Source: Mytilus edulis
Lineage: Eukaryota
DNA length: 64,000 bases
NCBI RefSeq assembly: GCF_963676685.1
Contig: NC_092344.1
Location: 4,092,001 to 4,156,000 of the forward strand
Reading direction: 5' to 3'
Positions 39,001 through 52,900 of the stretch are shown piece after piece. Position 1 is the stretch's first letter. Each line of letters opens with the position of its first letter. Under the pieces are notes generated by a model. It was not told where the DNA came from, did no database searches, and was given only the letters and a program-made list of their open reading frames with translations. The position numbers were made by a program, and so were the translations under genes.

Positions 39001-42000
39001 TTTTTATAGATATGATAAGGTGTGAAAATTTCCTTCGATTACAAAAAAAAATCGATATCCTTTTCGGTTATTTTTGGTCCTTTTCGGTCCTTTTCGGTTC
39101 TTTTTGGTCCTTTTCGGTTCTATTCTGTAAATCGTCGCTTTTTCTGTAGGGGTAAATTAAGTAAATAAATATACGTCATCAGGGACCGCCTATTTAGGGG
39201 AGAGCTTTCTGTATAACACTGAAGGCATATGCTCTTCTGATTGGTAGATAATGTTTGTAATAAATATTTTTTGGCAGATGGACCAAAACTAGAGTTGAAA
39301 AAATAAAAAAAAAATGCTGAATGTACTAAATTTTTTTACTACAGGGTTGAAAAGTAATGGGGGTCAGTATAGGAATTCAGTGCGAATCTACATTGTTTGT
39401 AAAAAAGCCTATGTGAATGCCCAAAAATGCCGCATGACCCTATGTTTTATTAGTGCAAAAGATAGGGCTACATTTGTACTTTCATGAATGTTATATGAAA
39501 GTTTTCAATTTCTAAAGGTAAATCAGGTATCAATTTAATTCCATACATAGATTAACATTAAAGTCAATGGCAGATTTTTTACTGAATTTACCCCTGTAAG
39601 TCGTCGAAACCTTACTATCAGCGTATTTTCCAGGAGGGAGAAACAGTATAGAATATATGAATAATATATATATATAGATGAAGAATATATGGATACCACT
39701 GACCAACTAAATGAGATCATAATAAAATACCAAGATACGCATGAAATTGTAATTGGCGAAGACCTCAATGAAGATTTGGGAAATGAAGAAAGACAAAACA
39801 AGCGGGAAAAGTACGTACAACAACTCATCGCAGACTATAGTCTAGGCTACGAGAATACTGGGAGGACATTTATTAAGACAGATGGCCAAGAATGTTCTGA
39901 ACTTGACTACTTCCTACATAAGTCCAGACATATGCAGGTTGCAGAGAAAAGGGTCTTAAAGGATGTCATAAGTAACCACTCCGACCATTACCCTGTTAGA
40001 TGTGAACTTAAAATAGGGATACCAAAAATAAGTACAAACTAAACCAACAAATTACGGCAAATTCAACCAGCTATAAAATGGGACAAAGTAGACCAAGATT
40101 TATATTTGGCAATTACAAACGAGCAGGTGGATACGATAGCAGAAAGCCCAGCTGAGACAGCAGAGGACGCAAATCTTCTAATCAGTAAGATGCACCAAAT
40201 GTTAACAAAAGCAGCAACTGAGAGCTCATCCAAGAAATCAAGATATAAGGCAAAGCTAAAACTGAAAGTATGGACGCCAATCATCAAAGTAGCCTGAAAG
40301 ATATGAGAAAATGCTATGATGTATGGATTAGAAATTGGAAACCCACAAAATCAGATGACAAGTCATATCAAGACAGAATTAACAGAAAGGACTTTAAAAA
40401 GCAGGTGAAAGTTGGGCATGCTAGATAGCAAGACAGGGGAAAAGAAGGAATATTGGGGACAAGAACAAGATACAGTAAGCTCAACCACAAACTAGTAAAA
40501 AGCAGTAGGAACAGAAACAGGGCCGGTATAATGGATCTACATGTAAATGACAATTGTTACTCTGGTGACCAAGTAATCGATGGCTTTACTGAACATTTTG
40601 GAAATCTAGCATCAGCAGAAAAGTCATCCCAGCTGAAAGACCATCACTATCACAAACTGGTAGAATACTAAATCAAGTTAATCAACGACATGGTAAAAAG
40701 TAAGGAAACACCTTTGGCAAAACACAAAGAGCTTAAGAAGGTCGTAAAGTCTCTAAACAGAGGTAAATCTGCAGGCATATATGCATCACAGTTGACCACT
40801 TCATCTATGCAGGGGTACCGATGTTATGCTGCCAACTACAGAGGTATAACAGTACTGCAAGTTGTTAATAAGATAATAGAGGCAGTAATCAGGGACAGAA
40901 TACAATCAAGAGTCCTTCAAGATCAAAATCCCACCCAACGGGGCTTCACAGTAAAATCGTCGCCACTGAACGCAGCTCTGGTTGTGGAAGAAGTTTATCG
41001 TGAGAGTGTAGAGAGCAACCAAGAATTTGGGCTGGTTCTACTAGACGCAAAGTCGGCATTTGGTGTAGTGGTACACAATCACCTCATGCGACGACTCTTT
41101 CATTGCGGTAGTGACGACACTCTCTGTCGGATAATACAGAGTATGCACTGGCAATCAACTAGTGCCATCAAATGGGAAGGAATAATTGCTGACGAAAATT
41201 TCTCCGTAAGCCAATGTGTACGCCAAGGAGGAATCCTCAGCACAGATTTATATTAGGTCTATGATAACCCGTTCCTCAATAGATTACAGCAATCAACCTT
41301 GGATGCAAAATTGGGAATGTCCTATACAATACCACAGCATGCGCAGACGACATATCATTACTGGGGAAAAGACCACCTGATATGAAGGTACAAATAAATG
41401 TATCTGCCGACTACGCTGGATTGGACGGCTATAAGCTCCAACCCCAGAAGAGTGTGGCAATACACTAAACCAACCAAGAACAGTTGTGAACCAGAACAAT
41501 ATCAGCTAGGAAAAGATCCAATGCCAACTGTCACAAAATCAACCCATCTCCGTATAATAAGAACACCATTAATGAGACAAAACATCGATTCCAAGTTGAA
41601 GAAAATGTCAAGAAAGCAAAAATAAGTGCCTATGCCCTGTTTGGTAGTGGATAACATGGAGAGAACAGAATGGATCCTGAAAGCTTAAACCATTTATTTA
41701 AAACCTTCATATCACCAGTACTACTCTACGGGACGGAGCTTTAGTCACCAAAATCAGAACACTTGGAAACCCTAGAGAAGTTCCAGTAAAAGATGCTCAA
41801 ACAAATTATCTCAGTCCCCATGAGTACTCCTGATCCAGCAGTCTACATCCTAACAGGCATCTTACCAGTCGAGGCACAAATCCATGCCAAAATGGTGACA
41901 TTCTTCTGTAACATATGTCAGCAAGCAGACAACAGTGTTGAAAAACAGCTTGGTAAAATACAACTCACTATAAAATCATCAGGAAGCCACAGCTGGTATA

Positions 42001-42260
42001 TTGAAGTACAGAGGGTCATGTTCAAATACAACCTCGACAGGGCCCTGGACAAGCTAGATAATGCAAATGTGACTAAAACCACTATCAATCAAATAAAAAG
42101 ACAAATTGATAACCACTGGGCCAAAGAAATATCGGTTAATGCCAACCTGTACCAAGGGTTAAAATACCTCCAGACAGACAACTTCATGGCGGGTTGAATC
42201 CACAACATATTGAAGATAAAAAGCTACACCAACAAAAACTGTTTTAGAATTCCAATCAGC
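36038..42260 (+). mobile_element. Near full-length decayed LINE (CR1/L2 group): PHD-finger ORF1 and APE-RT ORF2
   Basis: ORF1 has C..C....C..G.HW..Y.C...Y.CKLC and a coiled coil. APE: DILLL..HWL, GRGGVA, IGEDLN, ELDY, SDHYPV. RT: NYRGITV, QRGF, LDAKSAF, VRQGGILS, CADD. Many stops. Confidence 0.88.
38663..39610. mobile_element. Mutator-like non-autonomous element inserted in the LINE endonuclease
   Basis: 9-bp TSD CTTACTATC (38654-62, 39611-19); G..C termini; TIR 13/17; internal foldback 38675-39147 built of 10-bp repeats. Confidence 0.8.
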
Positions 42261-43299
42261 TAACACATCATGCCGTTGAAACAAGTGATGTTCATGATGT
42301 CAACCATTAGATTAAGGTACAGAAACACCGTGTAGAAAGCCACATGCGGGGTGTCGGTTATGTTTGACACGGGGTGGCAATTTCGAAGCGAAGAAAAACT
42401 TTCAAAGTGAAGTGAGTTCAAGTATCATTTTTATATATTTTTTTTAATTATAAGTACCATATAATTTATAGCACGGAAGGAACTGAAACACAATATATTT
42501 CCTGCAAGCAGAAACAGTCTATTTCAGTGCTCTGTTTTTTCAAACACATCTCCCTAGTTTTCCGTGTTGCAGATTTTGAAGCTTTATATGCAAATTTATG
42601 GATAAAAAACTACTTTAGACGACTTCCCCCGTATCATTTATATAGAATTGAATTCATATCAATTCATATTAATACTAGCTTCTTACTTAAAATTAAATGG
42701 TTTTATAACTAGTTGTTCATAAAAATATAAAGTGTCGCTCGGGGTGTCAAATTTTGCGTCTCAAAGGGGTAGAGGCTTTTGATGAAAAAGAATAAATTTG
42801 TATATAAATCGGTCTTCATCTGATACTTCTAATTCAAACATATCTAATATATTATGATAACACATCAAAAATTGAAGGTACTTCATTTTGCCTGTTTTTA
42901 ATTCTTATTAGACATGTGCTTTTGATTTCATAAGTAGTCAAAAATGACTCAAAATATTTTCTTTTAAAGCTGGAAAATGATTTCTTTTCCTTTTCAGTCA
43001 CTATCATGGGCGGCAAAATGTCACGGCTGTGGCTCCATGCACCGAAACATGGAGGAACTCATAGAGCAGACCTCCATATAAGAATTGGCCGAAGCCACCA
43101 ACTGTCAAACTCCATCATTGGCATCAAAGTTTTTCACCAGGTTCCCCTCAAAAGCACTCGTGCAAACCGCAAAAGCACTCACTCCAAAATGAATTCGATT
43201 ACTCTCTCCAATGAAACACTCACCGGCACCTTTATCATCAAATGACAATACAGCTTTAAGGAGACCTGAAGACGACGACACTACTATAATTAACGATTT

Positions 43300-43900
43300 C
43301 AAAACAGCGATTCAAAATCTGAAAAAAAATTAATCTGGCTACTCATTTTCTATCTTTTATCCAAATGGTAAAAGAAATTAAGTTTCCTTTAGACAATATT
43401 TCTCATCTTCTTTACTGGAGACGATCAGATTTATGTCAAGGAGAATAACATATGAAATGTCGGGAAACAACAATTAAAGAGGTTTTGGAAAACTGGCTAC
43501 AGACTTTTATACAGAATTTTTATATTTTATGGGTTGACCAAAATGTATTGGACACATTACAGAAATCTGTGTGAGCGCGGAATGGCCAATCCCCAAGACG
43601 CAGAAATAAATTTGGCACTTCAAAGCCCTAAGATACTATCAAACTTCATCACCATGGATCTTGATATCCCAAAGTCAACTTCTCCAGGCATCGTTTATCC
43701 TGTATTGAATATGTTACGTAACCAACAAAATGATGATTTTATGTTATGTGCTGACGGGAAAAAAAGGTAACAGCAGGGGTAGATGGCAAGGTTGGAGATG
43801 TAGATATGTCGGGTTTTAAAGATTAGATAACATTTAAGGGAAAAAAACACCACTAGAAGACCAAATAAGTATTTTGAATGAAATTACTAACTTTTTACTA
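43300..43900 (+). pseudogene. Degraded coding remnant, probably from an unclassified DNA transposon
   Basis: Broken frames FWKTGYRL..FMG, NPQDAEINLAL.SPKIL, PGIVYPVL, MLCADGKK(V)TAG..GDVD. Family not identifiable by eye. Confidence 0.4.
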
Positions 43901-44237
43901 GGCAAACATTTATTGGGTACAGACAAGTTTGTGGAGCTTTTTCTTTGTAAATGGGTACATGAGGCGCTTAAGATTCCACTAAAATCAAAATATAGGACAC
44001 TGCATAAGGGAGCTACCATTTGATTTTTATGGGGGGGGGCTAGGATGAAATTTGAAAAAAATAGGCAGGACAGGAGTTTTGAGTAAAAAAAAAGAGGCAG
44101 GATGAGACACTTTGCAAAAAAAAAAGGCAGGTTGACAATTTAGGTAAAAAAAGTCAGGATAAACTAATAAAAAAAAAGGCAGGACCGAATAGAGTGAAAA
44201 ATAAAAATGCAGGACAGAGTTTACAACTAAAAAAATT

Positions 44238-44468
44238 TGTGTTATGGTCAAACCGGTTTTGGGGGTGAACACTTAATTTTCCAAAAAAATGGAGGCTTGC
44301 GTGATGACTTAATTAGTTTAAAATTGGTATGAATGAATACTATAACATATAATGCAGTACAAGCTAGTGTTGATTTGTTTTTAAACAAATTAAGTCATCT
44401 CACAGGCCTCCAGATTGTTTTGGAAAATTTAGTGTTCACCCCCAAAACCGTTTTGGCCATGACACACA
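44238..44468. mobile_element. MITE with about 45-bp TIRs
   Basis: atggtcaaaccggttttgggggtgaacact / agtgttcacccccaaaaccgttttggccat. Confidence 0.7.
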
Positions 44469-44521
44469 AATTTCAAGTTTATTTACAATTTTCACAATGG
44501 GTATATGTTAAGTATGTTTAA

Positions 44522-44794
44522 GGTGGTACCTAACACTACAGGGAGATAACTCTTTAAAGTCAGCTAAACGTTTTTATTACTCTGTGTTGTAAAAGGAATA
44601 TTAAGCTTCTTAATGATCAAAATTTGTGTTTGCAAAACTGCTCTATAACCAATGTAATTTTTCTGACAAAACGGTTGGTTCAAAATTTTAGAAATTTTTA
44701 TATTTTTGTTAAAGGGTCAATGTAAATACTTTGACAAAATTTTATGAAAATTAAACGAGCCAAATTAATTTTAGTGAAAGTGTTGGGTACCACC
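44522..44794. mobile_element. TTAA-flanked MITE (Kolobok-like), copy 1
   Basis: TTAA-ggtggtacc..ggtaccacc-TTAA; second copy at 60048-60319. Confidence 0.85.
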
Positions 44795-45118
44795 TTAAAT
44801 GAACATACGGTTTTCATAGTTTGGGACTTTATTCATTTTAGGTTGAGAAATACAGGCAAAGTTTTGAGGTTTCTGTAATGTCCTATAATTTTATTTTAGT
44901 GGAACCTTAAAGTGATAGGTCTACAATTGAAAGACTGTAAAGAGTTCGCCATACGCAAGAAATTGTGTCTTCAAAAGTTTGAAGGAATGTCAGGTGATCA
45001 GCGGATTACAGGCGTCATTTTTTCAGCTAACGGAATTTGTGGGAAATTGACTTCAAGTCTTATATCAACTCGGTTCTTTCTAGTGAAAGAGACATATTTG
45101 GAACACAATCACATTAAG

Positions 45119-45272
45119 CAGGGGCGGATCCAGCCATTTTAAAAAGGGGGGGTCCTAACCCAGGACAAAAGGGGGGGGGGGGTTCCAATTACATGTCCCC
45201 ATTCAAATGCATTGATCGTCCAAAAAAAAGGGAGTTCCAACCCCCGCAACCCCCTCTCTGGATCCGCATCTG
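45119..45272. mobile_element. Small G-rich MITE
   Basis: caggggcggatccag / ctggatccgcatctg inverted termini. Confidence 0.65.
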
Positions 45273-46774
45273 TTATAGTAATGAAAGCACAGTAGACATC
45301 TCGTATAAAGAAAACCATGTCAGCCTCATGGAACATGATGAAATGTTTCAACGTTAGAACCAAGAAATGTAAGGCAGAGGTCAGACTTCAATGAGATATA
45401 TTGGTACATGGCGATCAGACGTCTAATATTATCTTTTGGCTTGGAACTTCAAAATTAATTCCTGCGTCTTGGGGATCGGCCATTCCGCGCTCACACAAGT
45501 TGTCTACTTTTTGCGGGTCCACTCATAAATGATAAATAAAGACAACCGTTATATATCGCTGTTCGAAATTCATAAATCGATTGAGAAAAAAACAAATCCG
45601 GGTTACAAACTAAAACTGAGGGAAACTAGCCTTTGAATTTTAAATGCAACTAAGAGTACATACAATAACAAGTTATGCGAGCAACTACAAAAGTGATCCT
45701 GTATATGTTGGTGGAGGATAGTATTATTCAATATATAGTGTACATATATTCGTTCATTCATGGTGGTGGGTTTTGTTCTACATGCCGTACAGATAATGTA
45801 GCGGTGTGGTTGTCCTACAAAGGATATAAAGATTTGGAAAGAAAGAAAGAAAGAAAGAAAGGTAATAGTTTGAAATGATTAGAAAATGTTTTAAGTAATA
45901 TATTAAAGCCTTTGTTTAGTCTGTTTAATATTCAGTATCCATAAGGATTTTGACATTTTAGTCATACTTAGTTTCTTAGCTACGGTCAAGATGCGGATTT
46001 AGGGGGGCGCAAGGGCCCGGTCCCCTTTTAATTGGAATAATTTGGTTGATTATATAGGAAATCACTTAAGCATGGCTGCAGCGGCCCCCTCTTGATCCCT
46101 CTTAGGCAGGCAGTGGGTACCCTACTGTGATATAGTAGTCTCAGATTTTATAAGTTATTTTCTGATTTTTGATAGTCCATGATGTCAGGAAAATAGTAAA
46201 GGGGCACACTGGATAAGTGAAGTAGTCGAACTCGGTAACATTGAGGGTATTGGGCATATGTTTGAATATAGCACGTGTCAGGTGTGCTCGACTCCAATCT
46301 AAATTGATGACAAGATAACTTTTCCTACCGAAGCCAGGTCGTTGCTTCTCTCCGGGCACTCCTGATCACTCCTGCTTCCTCCACTAGTCCTATGATATAT
46401 GCCTTCGCATTATATTTCCATTACAACGGTTTAACGTTTTCAGTCATGCTGATATTTGTAATGATAAGTTGGCTCATTTGATTGATCTGAGTCAGAGACA
46501 TATAATACAATAATACATATGTCTCTGTCTGAGTTAAAAAAAAGAAAAAAAAAGAGGGAATTTTAAAAGACAAATAGCAAAATAGGTAAGTAGAAAATCA
46601 GAAACTTACAGAAATAGAAAAATAATGCCCCCGAGTTCATTTATTCTAGGACTAGACTTCAATCATAAAATAGAGGTGTTCCTAAATAAGGAAGCTCCTA
46701 TACGAAGAAAATAAGACGAGTAAGTTCAAGACGTAAATATTTTGATCACGTGATTGGACTTCACCAATGCTGTC

Positions 46775-46932
46775 ATGGCGGTCTCGAGCATCAACAGTTT
46801 CGATGGTTTAAATTCCATCAAAACAATGCCAGTGGGAAGTCCAAATTTACCTCGTTCAACCCTCAGTGAAATACATTCACAAGAGGAATGTGGTATTCCA
46901 TTAAATACACGATGGACATTCTGGCTTGACAA
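46775..46932 (+). CDS. EIF4E3: eIF4E-3 coding exon 1
   Basis: gtcATGG Kozak context; ends WTFWLD-AA|gt. Confidence 0.9.
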
Positions 46933-49900
46933 GTAAAAACATAATAATATTCCTCTGTGGATAAAAAGCTACCCAATCTCTTTCACCTAACGAAACTTAC
47001 CATTACTTTCAGTTTCTACACACGCTTCATTACTTATTTATTTCACCGATTTAAGCAAACACCATTGGAAAGTGTCAATTTAAAAACACTGATGACATAG
47101 TACAAAATGAAAATACAAAAATATCCTTGTGCCATTAACTATTTCAAATTTGGATTATTTGTGCTTGTCAATTACTGTATGCTCTTCATCTCAGTTGTAC
47201 AACAATACACCTTATCGCTATTTGTCCGCCATTACTAGATATCACACAGGTTCCTGTAAATTTTTGACGTCACAAAACAAAATATCTGACGCCACAATGG
47301 AAAAGTGATTGTTGTATGCGTCAAAAGTTCAAGCGGCCGGGTCACCCGGGATTAGCGATGAGGGGCGTAAAGGGAGGGTATCTGCACTGAAAAACGCAAA
47401 ATAAAATTGCCATTAAATGATGTTATTTGGGAAAAAAGTTAATTTCTATGTTCCCTTTGTGGTTTGTACTCATTGTCTATAAACGTAATTAAAGACAACA
47501 ACACCCATCAATTACCGCATGGTGATTAATTTATTGTGGTCGACATGTTTCGCCAACAAGTGTGGCGTCTTCAGGACAATATTATACATGAAATCAAACA
47601 GTGAAGTACAAATTTTGCGGTTGTGCGGTTTGCCTTAACAATAGAGGTTGTTATGACGACGTTATAGATATAAATAGAAAGTGAAAGTGAAAGTAAAATA
47701 AGAATCTAGTATAGTTCAAAGAGAAAGTTAGTCAATAAAGTTATTAACGATGTGGTTATCTCCTATTCTTGCACGTCTGTGTAGTGGTCCTCATAGAAGT
47801 TTCTAGTGGTAATAATGTAGAAATGATGGAAGTAGCTCATAAAATGTCAGTTCATTTCCAAATTGGACAACACCCCATTGGCCATCCCGTACCAATTCAA
47901 CTGGCTTCGCTCCGAGGGAGGTACTGCTTCCATTGAGTTAGTAAAAGGTGAAGTGTGTGATCACCGCAATTTTGGGAATTGTAAATCTTGGTAGATGTGT
48001 TCATAAAAAATAACTTTGCTAATAAAATGTTCGTGGATGAAGCTTTTCTTTATAAATATGGTTTGTGGTTTATGTGGTTCATCTTGGTTCTGGTTCCTTC
48101 CTTTTTTCCTAAGTAAAATGCCTGGTATTCCGAATTTCTTTGACTTTGTGTACTTATGTATGGTATGTAAATCTTCAGTGATGGACTTCTTCTTCTTTGT
48201 ATGTTTCTGTGACTGTGGTTGCTTCTGTTTCCAAATCTCTCCTTATTTTTTCTCCGTATCTGGTAATTTTCGGCAACGGATCGAGAACTCTTTAAATGGT
48301 CCGGTATTTCGTTCATGCTGTGTGGTTGTTAGGTACAACGCTAGTTTGGCAAAGGTGGATCGCAAAATTTGTACTTCACTGTTTGATTTCATGTATAATA
48401 TTGTCCTGAAGACACCACGCTTGTTGACGAAACATGTTGACCACAATAAATTAATCACCATGCGGTAATTGATGGGTGTTGTTGTCTTTAATTACGTTTA
48501 TTTGCTTTTATAGTGAAAGACAACTGTGAATACCGAGTGGTATCCACCCGCTATTACCCAACCGCACGATAACCACTTCAGGTGTTGGTTCACCATTTTT
48601 CATTGTCTATAAGTAAGTGGGTTGTTTTGTCTTGTTCTAGGGCTTCTTCTCCTTACCACACCAAAGCTTATCCTTACCACACTAAAGCAAAAATATAAAA
48701 TAAACGACAACATAAAGTTTTAATTCTCTCACTTAGAGGCTGTTTCATAGCGACAGCTTCTGGTCCGCATACTTGAATAATATCATGCAAAAGCACAACA
48801 CAAGTATCTTGCTTTTTTAGCTCACCTGGCCTAAAAGGCCAAGTGAGCTTTTCTCATCACCTGGCGTCCGTCATCGTCCGTCGTCGTCGTTAACTTTTAC
48901 AAAAATCTTCTCCTCTGAAACTACTGGGCCAAATTAAACAAAACTTGCAATTTGCCACAATCATCATTGGGGTATCTAGTTTAAAAAATGTGTCCGGTGA
49001 CCCGGCCAACCAAAGATGGCCGCCATGGCTAAAAATAGAACATAGGGGTAAAATGCAGTTTTTGGCTTATAACTCAAAAACCAAAGCATTTAGAGCAAAT
49101 CTGACATGGGGTAGAATTGTTAAACAGGTAAAGACCTATCTGCCCTGAAATTTTCAGATGAATCGAATAACCCGTTGTTGGGTTGCTGCCCCTGAATTAG
49201 TAATTTTAAGGAAATTTTGCTGTTTTTGGTTATTATCTTGAATATTATTATAGATAAAGATAAACAGTAAGCAGCAATAATGTTCAGCAAAGTAAGATTT
49301 ACAAATAAGTCAACATGACTGAAATGGTCAGTTGACCCCTTTAGGAGTAATTGCCCTTTATAGTCAATTTTTAACCATTTTTCGTAAACCTTAGTGATAT
49401 TTTACAAAAATCTTCTCCTCTGAAACTACTTGGCCAAATTAATCCAAACTTGGCCACAATCATCTTTTGGGTTACAGTGTTTTCCTTTTTTCTCTAAGGT
49501 AAGGTGGGTGTTTAAAAAAAATAACTTGCAACCAGGTGGTTTTTTTTTTAAATGTCCAACCTTTTTTAATTTACTGTGGGTGCACGTGGGGGTCACAGAA
49601 ATAAAGATTAGTATAATATTCACATTTTATGGAGTTGAACAAACATAAATAGAAGTAGTCATATTAATTGTCAAATAAAATGAAATATTCTTTGATTTTA
49701 TTTTTTCAAAAATTTATCTCTTATCTCTTCTTTCATTTACAATTTTATGCATCAGCATGGATTTAAGGCCTTTCGATCCAGGTTTCTGTTCTGTTTCTTG
49801 CTTTTGTGCCGTATTTTTGGCACACAGAACAGTAGTATCCTTCCTCTGTGACTATAAGTCATTTGAAGTCTTGCTCATATTTGTCTTCACTTGCGTGTCT

Positions 49901-52900
49901 TTTCCGTTGTTTGGTTGATTTTTGTTCAATTTCCACAACTTCAACATTACTATCAATTTTATTTAACTTATTTGGTCTAGTATTTTCTTAATCATCATCG
50001 TCATCTTCCTTTCTTTTCCCCCGATTGATTTATGAAAACATTGAAATTTGACGATTGGACGCCATCTTTGTCAATGAAAACAAGGCGGGATTAGTATTCA
50101 AATTTTAACGGTACGGAACTGAAAAAAATCCGGATTTTGAAAAAAAAGCCGACCACCTCCTAAAATCAAAAGGTGGTCATCTTTCAAAAGAAGGTGTTCG
50201 GCACACCCGGCTTAAATGCGGAATGGAAAACACTGGGTTAGTAGTTTGAAAAATGTGTCCGGTGACCCGGCCATCAAACCAAGATGGCCGCCATGGCTAA
50301 AAATAGAACATGGGGTAAAATGCAGTTTTTGACTTATAACTCAAAACCCAAAGCATTTAGAGCAAATCTGACATGGGGTAAAATTGTTTATCAGGTCAAC
50401 ATTTATCTGCTCTGGAATTTTTAGATGAATCGGACAACCTGTTGTTGGGTTGCTGACCCTGAATTGTTAGTTTTAAGGAAATTTTGCTGTTTTTGGTCAT
50501 TATCTTGAATATTATTTTTGAAAGAGATAAACTGTCAACAACAATAATGTTCAGCAAAGTAAGATTTACAAATAAGTCAACATGACCAAAATGGTCAATT
50601 GACCCCCTTAGGAGTTATTGTTCTTTATAGTCAATTTTTAACAGTTGTCATAAAATTTGTAAATTTTTACTAACATTTTCCACTGAAACTAATGGGCCAA
50701 GTTCATTATAGATAGAGATAATTTTAAGCAGCAAGAATATTCAGTAAAGTAAGATGTACAAACACATCACCATCACCAAAACACAATTTTGTCATGAATC
50801 CATCTGCTTCCTTTAATAATCACATAGACCAAGGTGAGCGACACAGGCTCTTTAGAGCCTCTAGTTGTTGCTTATAATAATAGTAAAAGTCTTAATATAC
50901 TGTGCTTAACCTAACTTTTGGAATTCTTCAACTGCTACAACATGTACAACAATAACTAAAAAATGACTTCTAGAAAAACTGTAAATGTATAAAAGTAATT
51001 GCTACTAGACCCACAGAGGGTCATTTAAGTCCATAAAGGGCTAGTTTAAACTAGCCTGTACTCTAAACTTAACCAATACCTAACACTAGCCCTAAAAAGG
51101 TACTCTTGTCTTAAACTACATGTACATTTTGTACCCTAGCCTCACCCAGCTCTTCTAGTGCTTTACATTTACCTAACTCACATTTACACTAACTACAAAA
51201 CAGGGTCCCCAAAAGTAAAGTAATTCAAAATTTGGTAAATTGCTTTTGGATTTTCAAATTTAATAATCAACATACTGATAGAATTACAAAATTAATATGG
51301 TCACATTATTAAATTAAAAATACAAAAATGTAACATGTTTTTTTCTTCAGATCAATTCCTGGTACAACTGTAGCAGAATATGAAGCAACCATTAGGAAGT
51401 TATACACAGTCAGTACAGTACAGGTTGGTATATTATGAAGATGTGCCACATGTAATGCACTGTTCATGTAGAAGTTATATATAAAGTCAATACAGTTCAG
51501 TTTGTATACTAACATGACTAAGATTGGTCTGTGGTCTCATGGCTGCTTTGGAGGGTGAGGGTAATGTGTCCTGTTAAGGTAATATACCATTGTGAAGATT
51601 GGTGCCTTGTGAAATGTGAATTAACACGCTAGAAATCAAACTCAAATTAAAGTTGGTCCAGTACAAAGTAGGGATCATATTCATATCACATCACTGATTT
51701 TGTCATGATATACAATGTTATATTTGCATCTGTACATAAAAGACTGTATCATCATCATCATTTATACAGGCTGTGAGGTTTTTTTTCTCTCACCAATATT
51801 AATCATGTTGAAAGGTATTTTTTTGGCTTATGACATTGCACACACACAATTCTGAGTTTGAAAACTATTTCTATCTAATAGAAAATTTTCAAGATATTGT
51901 TTCCATATTAATTTGATATACTACTTCCCAGCTAGCTGGGCAATTCACTTTAATTAATTTGTATCTATTTTTGAAAAATTGTTAAAAGTATAAAGACTTA
52001 ATTTCCATCATCATTTTTTTTAATTGCAAAAACTATTGAAATATTTTTTTTTTTTTAAATTTGTTTAAATTGTTATTTTAAGGGTTTCTGGAGTGTTTAT
52101 AACAACATACCGGATGTTGACAAGCTGAATGTCAGATACACTTATCATTTAATGAGGGAAGAAAGAAGACCGGTTTGGTTTGTATTATTATGATTGGTCT
52201 TATACACACCTTTACTTAATGTTTTATCTGTGTCGAATCACAAGAAGGTCAAAATGCAGTACTTATAACCAGTTAAAATTGAAGTGAAAATTCAAATGAT
52301 TGTGCAATAACAATTCGAATTTTACAATAGTAGAAAATAAATGCAAGATCGATGAATGTAGTTTCTGTAATATTTGAAATAGGACATGATTACGAAGAAT
52401 TTAAAAAAACAAGACTTTATTGTTGTGCACACCATTCTGACACTATGTAAATTTAATGCCACAAATATCATGACATAAGGTTATCATGCCAGTCTTTTGG
52501 TATTCTTGCATATATTCATGGATTATGCTGCTCTCCAAAAAGTTAACTTTAAAAGCTTGATCCCTAATTTTGAGGCTTTGGTCCTGTACTTATTTTCTTT
52601 TATCTTGAAAATTTACATTTATTTTACAGGGAAGATGAATTTAATTGTAATGGAGGAAACTGGAGAATAAAATGTCACAAGTTTGAATCTGTAAGTATCA
52701 GTTGAGGATTATATACTTAAAATGCTTGCCAGAAATATTAATTTTAAGAGACTATGATAGAACAATTTGGTTACTAAACATTTATACATTTACAGCTGTG
52801 TAATAAGTGATAATAATTAGTTTCAGAAATACTGAATTTTGAACAGATTACTGGCTTTTGAAGGCGAAAATTGCATTGAAATAACAGGTTTCCATTTAAT

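Larger units (their letters stand above)
47483..48599. mobile_element. Penelope-like insertion in eIF4E-3 intron 1 with inverted pseudo-LTRs
   Basis: About 141-bp inverted repeats (47479-47619 / 48361-48501), each with a hammerhead motif. Flanked by the direct repeat tcattgtctataa (47470-82, 48600-12). Confidence 0.8.

Noticed and set aside
46754-46936. 60-aa single-exon ORF starting at TTG
   Set aside because: It is eIF4E-3 exon 1 read into the intron; the supported start is ATG 46775.
48016-48468. 150-aa Cys/Phe-rich ORF as a nested gene
   Set aside because: It lies within the Penelope insertion, antisense to a basic low-complexity frame, and has no domain signature.
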